In this document: positions 60,718 through 64,000 of the stretch, piece by piece
Numbering within the stretch: the stretch's first letter is position 1
How the letters are laid out: each line of letters begins with the position of its first letter
NCBI GenBank assembly: GCA_965261395.1
Contig: OZ253462.1
Coordinates: 544,001 to 608,000 of the forward strand
Direction: 5' to 3'
Source: Candidatus Latescibacterota bacterium
GTDB lineage: Bacteria; Latescibacterota; UBA2968; UBA8231
Length of the DNA: 64,000 nt
Notes under the pieces: model-generated
What the model saw: the letters and a program-made list of their open reading frames with translations, nothing else
The model's database searches: none
Told to the model about the DNA's origin: nothing
Translations under genes and position numbers: made by a program

Positions 60718-61254
60718 CTAAAAATCCACCTGTATCTTCGCCGTAAAGCGGTTAATGTGGATCATATCGTCGGCAAAGATAAAGTCGCGCTGGAAGCGCA
60801 AGCCCGCTCGCAAGCGGTCGCTGAGAATTACCTCGGCCCCAACTCCCGGAACGATTCCGAAACGCGTGTCGCCGATCTCGGGTGAGTACAGCTCAGCGTC
60901 GAGCGAAAAATAGTAGTTGAACGGCCGATTGACGTAGGCCGAGCGCACGCCGCCGGCATAGAGGTTGATGTTTTGATCCAATATGCGGGCGAATCCTAGC
61001 TGGAAGGCCAGCCATTCCTCGACCATATAGCCGACGTTAAGTCCCGAAATGAGGTCGGTCTCAGTGTCCGAGATTTCGCTCTCTATCATCGCCGCCCCAA
61101 AAAATCCCTCGGTGTAGAAGCGGCCGTACTGGGCCTTGTGATGGTAGCCGCCCTTGCCGTATTCGCTGCCTTCGGGGCCGTCGGTGCGCCCCGGCGTCGC
61201 AGCCTGCGCCCCAACGGCCAGCGCCAGCAGTGCGATCAGTGCAATGCGTCTCAT
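60718..61254 (-). CDS. Small outer-membrane beta-barrel protein
   Basis: Signal peptide, amphipathic strands, C-terminal Phe. Confidence 0.7.
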   Translation of the reverse strand: MRRIALIALLALAVGAQAATPGRTDGPEGSEYGKGGYHHKAQYGRFYTEGFFGAAMIESEISDTETDLISGLNVGYMVEEWLAFQLGFARILDQNINLYAGGVRSAYVNRPFNYYFSLDAELYSPEIGDTRFGIVPGVGAEVILSDRLRAGLRFQRDFIFADDMIHINRFTAKIQVDF

Positions 61255-61271
61255 GCTCCGTGCTCCTTTCC

Positions 61272-61868
61272 CTAGAAGCCGATGCTCTTTTTCTGGAAGT
61301 GCTTGGTGATTTCCTTCTGGTCGGTCCAGACGATCTCGGTGGTCGAGATGTCGGTCAGCTCAAAGGTCGCCTTGTAGTAAACGACCTTGTTTTTGCCCAC
61401 CTGCTGCAGGGTCGAGGTAATGACTCCGCCTAGCAAGAAGCGCGCGCCACGCTGGTTGCCCGGTCCCTGAGCCTCGTCCGGGCGCACGTAGCCCGACTCT
61501 TGGTACTCGTACTCCTGGGCGATCTCTCGCCGCGCGGCCTTGTCGAGGAACGTAAACTGCCCGCTCTGGATGAGCGCGGTCTTGACGTGGTCGTACAACG
61601 CCTGCATGTCGATGTGCTCGGTGGTCTTGTTGCGCGGCATCTCCAAGATGACAATCGGCTTGTCTGCCATCGCCCGAGCATCTGCCCAGCCCTCCATCGA
61701 GCCGATCATCTTCTTGGCGACTAGCTGCATGTCGTTCTGGTTCCACTTGTCGTCGAGCATCGAGATCTCTTCTGGATCTCCGTACTGGCCCTTGGTAAAG
61801 GCCCTCGGGCCGCCACAGGCCGCAAGCCCCAAGGCCAAGGCAATTGTCGCGAAAACGTAGCGTTTCAT
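61272..61868 (-). CDS. lpoB: Penicillin-binding protein activator LpoB-like lipoprotein
   Basis: Lipobox LAAC, 'NKTTEHID', 'IVWTDQKEITK'. Confidence 0.8.
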   Translation of the reverse strand: MKRYVFATIALALGLAACGGPRAFTKGQYGDPEEISMLDDKWNQNDMQLVAKKMIGSMEGWADARAMADKPIVILEMPRNKTTEHIDMQALYDHVKTALIQSGQFTFLDKAARREIAQEYEYQESGYVRPDEAQGPGNQRGARFLLGGVITSTLQQVGKNKVVYYKATFELTDISTTEIVWTDQKEITKHFQKKSIGF

Positions 61869-61882
61869 TGCATAAGCTCCTT

Positions 61883-62722
61883 TCAATCCCATTCGCACTG
61901 GAAATGTGTGCGCACTAAGTGCCAGCGGTTGGCCAACATCGCGTCCTGCCGGTAGAGCACCTGTAGGCTGCATTGGCGCTCCAGCGACGTGGCGGGGTAC
62001 TCGAACTCGAACTCCTGCACCCCGGCCCGGTCCGCCTCGGGAATATCGGCCGAAGTGTAGATGTCTGGTTTGGTCGAGGTAAATACTAGGGCTTTCTTGC
62101 GGCCGTAGGTCTTGAGCGGGACCTCGGAGGCAAAGGTCACGCGCCGCACCTTTTTGGGCAGCAGCAGATCGGTGTTGTCGACTAGCGCGTCGCGCTGCCA
62201 GCGGCCGGCGAGGATCGCCTGCAAGTTGCCGATAAAGACCCGCTCCTTGTCGCCGTCGGGCACAATTAAATAGAGATAGCCCTTGCGCGCCTGCGTCGAT
62301 ACCGCGGCCTTGCCGCCCAATCCCTCGAAGTCGAGGGCGATCGTCAGCCCGAACGAGCGGTTGGGCGGCAGCGCGTGGAGCGATACCGCCTCGATCACCT
62401 GCTCGGCGACACCAGCCCCCTTCAATTCCACCAACTTATCCACCGAGGCGTCGCAGACACAGCGCCGCTCTTCGAGCATCTTGACAATCGCAACGGTGCT
62501 GAACTTGTTCGCGCTCAGCTTGCGCACGTCGTCGAGACTCATCGGCAGTTGGTCCGAGCGCTCGTAGTAGCGCTTGGGTAGCTGGCCGCCGTCCCAATCG
62601 ACGATATTGATGATCGCCCCTTCCTCCAGCGGGTCCGTGACCCGCTCGGCAGCCGGCGTGCTCTGCTGCGCCGCGGCCGGCAGCGCCAACGCCAACGCGG
62701 CTATCCATAATTTGACGTACAT
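61883..62722 (-). CDS. Secreted hypothetical protein
   Basis: Signal peptide; 'LVELKGAGVAEQVIEA' helical motif; inside the operon. Confidence 0.7.
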   Translation of the reverse strand: MYVKLWIAALALALPAAAQQSTPAAERVTDPLEEGAIINIVDWDGGQLPKRYYERSDQLPMSLDDVRKLSANKFSTVAIVKMLEERRCVCDASVDKLVELKGAGVAEQVIEAVSLHALPPNRSFGLTIALDFEGLGGKAAVSTQARKGYLYLIVPDGDKERVFIGNLQAILAGRWQRDALVDNTDLLLPKKVRRVTFASEVPLKTYGRKKALVFTSTKPDIYTSADIPEADRAGVQEFEFEYPATSLERQCSLQVLYRQDAMLANRWHLVRTHFQCEWD

Positions 62723-62735
62723 AACTCTTTGCTCC

Positions 62736-64000
62736 TCAGCGAAAAGTGCGAAAGTTTAGGAAGACCTTTTCTCCATCCGCCACCGCCACCTCGGGTAGCG
62801 TCTCTACGGCTAGCACCTGACCTCGAGCGTCGATAAACTCCAAAGTCGGGGCGGCCGTACCCGGCGGCACGGACAGGCGTGCGATGTGGATGGTGCGCGG
62901 CAGCGATAGCCAGCTTCGGGTATCGGCCGCCTCAGTCGCCGCGCCTAAGAGGTTGACCAAGCCGCCGAGGGCTTGACCCACCCCCTCTTTGACCCAAGCG
63001 TTCTCGTCATCTTCATCGTCCTCATCGCCCTCGAACACCTTTTCTATGCCTTTAGACGCCAAATACTTGACCAAGTTGCGAGCGACGGCGCGCAGCAGGA
63101 TCGAGTCGAACTTCTCAGTAAAGGTCTGTTGGGCAATCGCCGCTAAGTCCTCGCCCACGGCTGCAGTCGCGCTCTGGTTGCCCGCCCGCAACCGCACCCC
63201 GGCCACTTGCGAGCGGACCTCTCGGTATTCGGGCAGTGCCACTTTGAGCCAGTAATCTACTCGTCGCCGCTGATAGGTGTGCGGATGGTGGTAGCGATGG
63301 ACGGCCCGCTCCGACACCGTCCACGTCTTAACGCCCTTTTCGCCTTTCATAATGGGCATATTGAATTCGACCTGATGCTTGCGCGGTATAAAGCCGCTCT
63401 CGACGAAAACTACGATCTCGCCACCGGACACCGGCTTGAGTTCCCCTGGCTCAAGCTGGTAGCGCTCCGTGTATTCCGCAACCTCGTCTTCGTAGCCCAA
63501 GCGCCCGGCCAACCGCGCCAGATCAACCAGCAAGATGTGCGGCACTTGTGAGCCGAAGGCCGCGTCGTACGCGCGATAGCCTTTTAAGGCATCCTTGTAG
63601 GAAATATACGCATCGTTCCACTCGCCCTCGGATTCAAAGAAGAGGCCGGTCATGTATTGCAAAAAGGCGTCGTTCTTATAGCTCAGCTCATATTCGGCTT
63701 GCTGGGCGTAGCCTTCGAGCTTCTGGTTGGCCTTGCGGCACTCCACTAGCGCGGCCTGCCGATCGCCCAGCCGAGCGTAGTTCATCGCTCGGTAGTAGTG
63801 AATCAGGGCCAACTCAAACTCCTCGCCGCGATAGGCGATGACTGCGTCGTTGGAGACCATAGCCGCGACGTGGCGCGAGACCGAGCGGGTATAGAGCTGA
63901 TCGCTCACTCGCTCGGCCTCTGCAAACTCCAAGTTGGACGCCTCGTATTGGCCCTGATAGTGCAAAATCAGCCCCTTTTCCAGGTGGTAGAGCAGCTTGT
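62736..64000 (-). CDS. TPR-like lipoprotein (COG3014-like), partial at window edge
   Basis: 'YRGEEFE', 'ADTRSWLSLP'; usual neighbour of lpoB. Confidence 0.78.
   Translation of the reverse strand, partial: KLLYHLEKGLILHYQGQYEASNLEFAEAERVSDQLYTRSVSRHVAAMVSNDAVIAYRGEEFELALIHYYRAMNYARLGDRQAALVECRKANQKLEGYAQQAEYELSYKNDAFLQYMTGLFFESEGEWNDAYISYKDALKGYRAYDAAFGSQVPHILLVDLARLAGRLGYEDEVAEYTERYQLEPGELKPVSGGEIVVFVESGFIPRKHQVEFNMPIMKGEKGVKTWTVSERAVHRYHHPHTYQRRRVDYWLKVALPEYREVRSQVAGVRLRAGNQSATAAVGEDLAAIAQQTFTEKFDSILLRAVARNLVKYLASKGIEKVFEGDEDDEDDENAWVKEGVGQALGGLVNLLGAATEAADTRSWLSLPRTIHIARLSVPPGTAAPTLEFIDARGQVLAVETLPEVAVADGEKVFLNFRTFR

Overview
Bacterial chromosomal window with moderately high GC and several AT-rich patches. 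FlgD/T9SS-like C-terminal domains, a DUF5686-type protein and a C-terminal 'SWGxIK' motif suggest an FCB-superphylum candidate lineage such as Latescibacterota (inference only). In order: (1) 86-8020, two tandem paralogous secreted proteins with variable Cys-containing loops, a structured ~150-bp insertion, a secreted protein and a membrane glycosyltransferase-TPR gene. (2) 8042-21487 (minus strand), a sigma54-driven adaptor/ABC ATPase/two-permease operon with its NtrC-type regulator and kinase; four extra envelope genes lie between permease and regulator, punctuated by repeated copies of the permease 3' end. (3) 21.7-24.7 kb and 29.2-48.4 kb, a patchwork of catabolic genes separated by stubs of lost genes. 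(4) 24.8-29.0 kb and 48.5-55.5 kb, two decaying integron-cassette-like arrays with attC-like sites and no integrase in the window. The first holds an AT-rich Thr1 Ntn-hydrolase-like gene plus a 47-aa ORF inside one apparent cassette, a Lit-like HExxH protease, a MazG-like enzyme and two antitoxins whose toxins are deleted. The second holds GrpB, Nudix, GNAT, RNase H-like, methyltransferase and AAC(3) genes and an IS5-family element inside a PHP phosphatase. (5) 55.5-64 kb, HAD phosphatase, sthA, a nitrilase-family gene, an APH-like gene, a methyltransferase and an lpoB-type lipoprotein operon. The best candidates for an undescribed system are the Ntn-peptidase/small-ORF cassette beside Lit (possible anti-phage module) and the repeat-punctuated gene accretion at the permease 3' end. 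All calls come from reading motifs by eye; no database searches were run.
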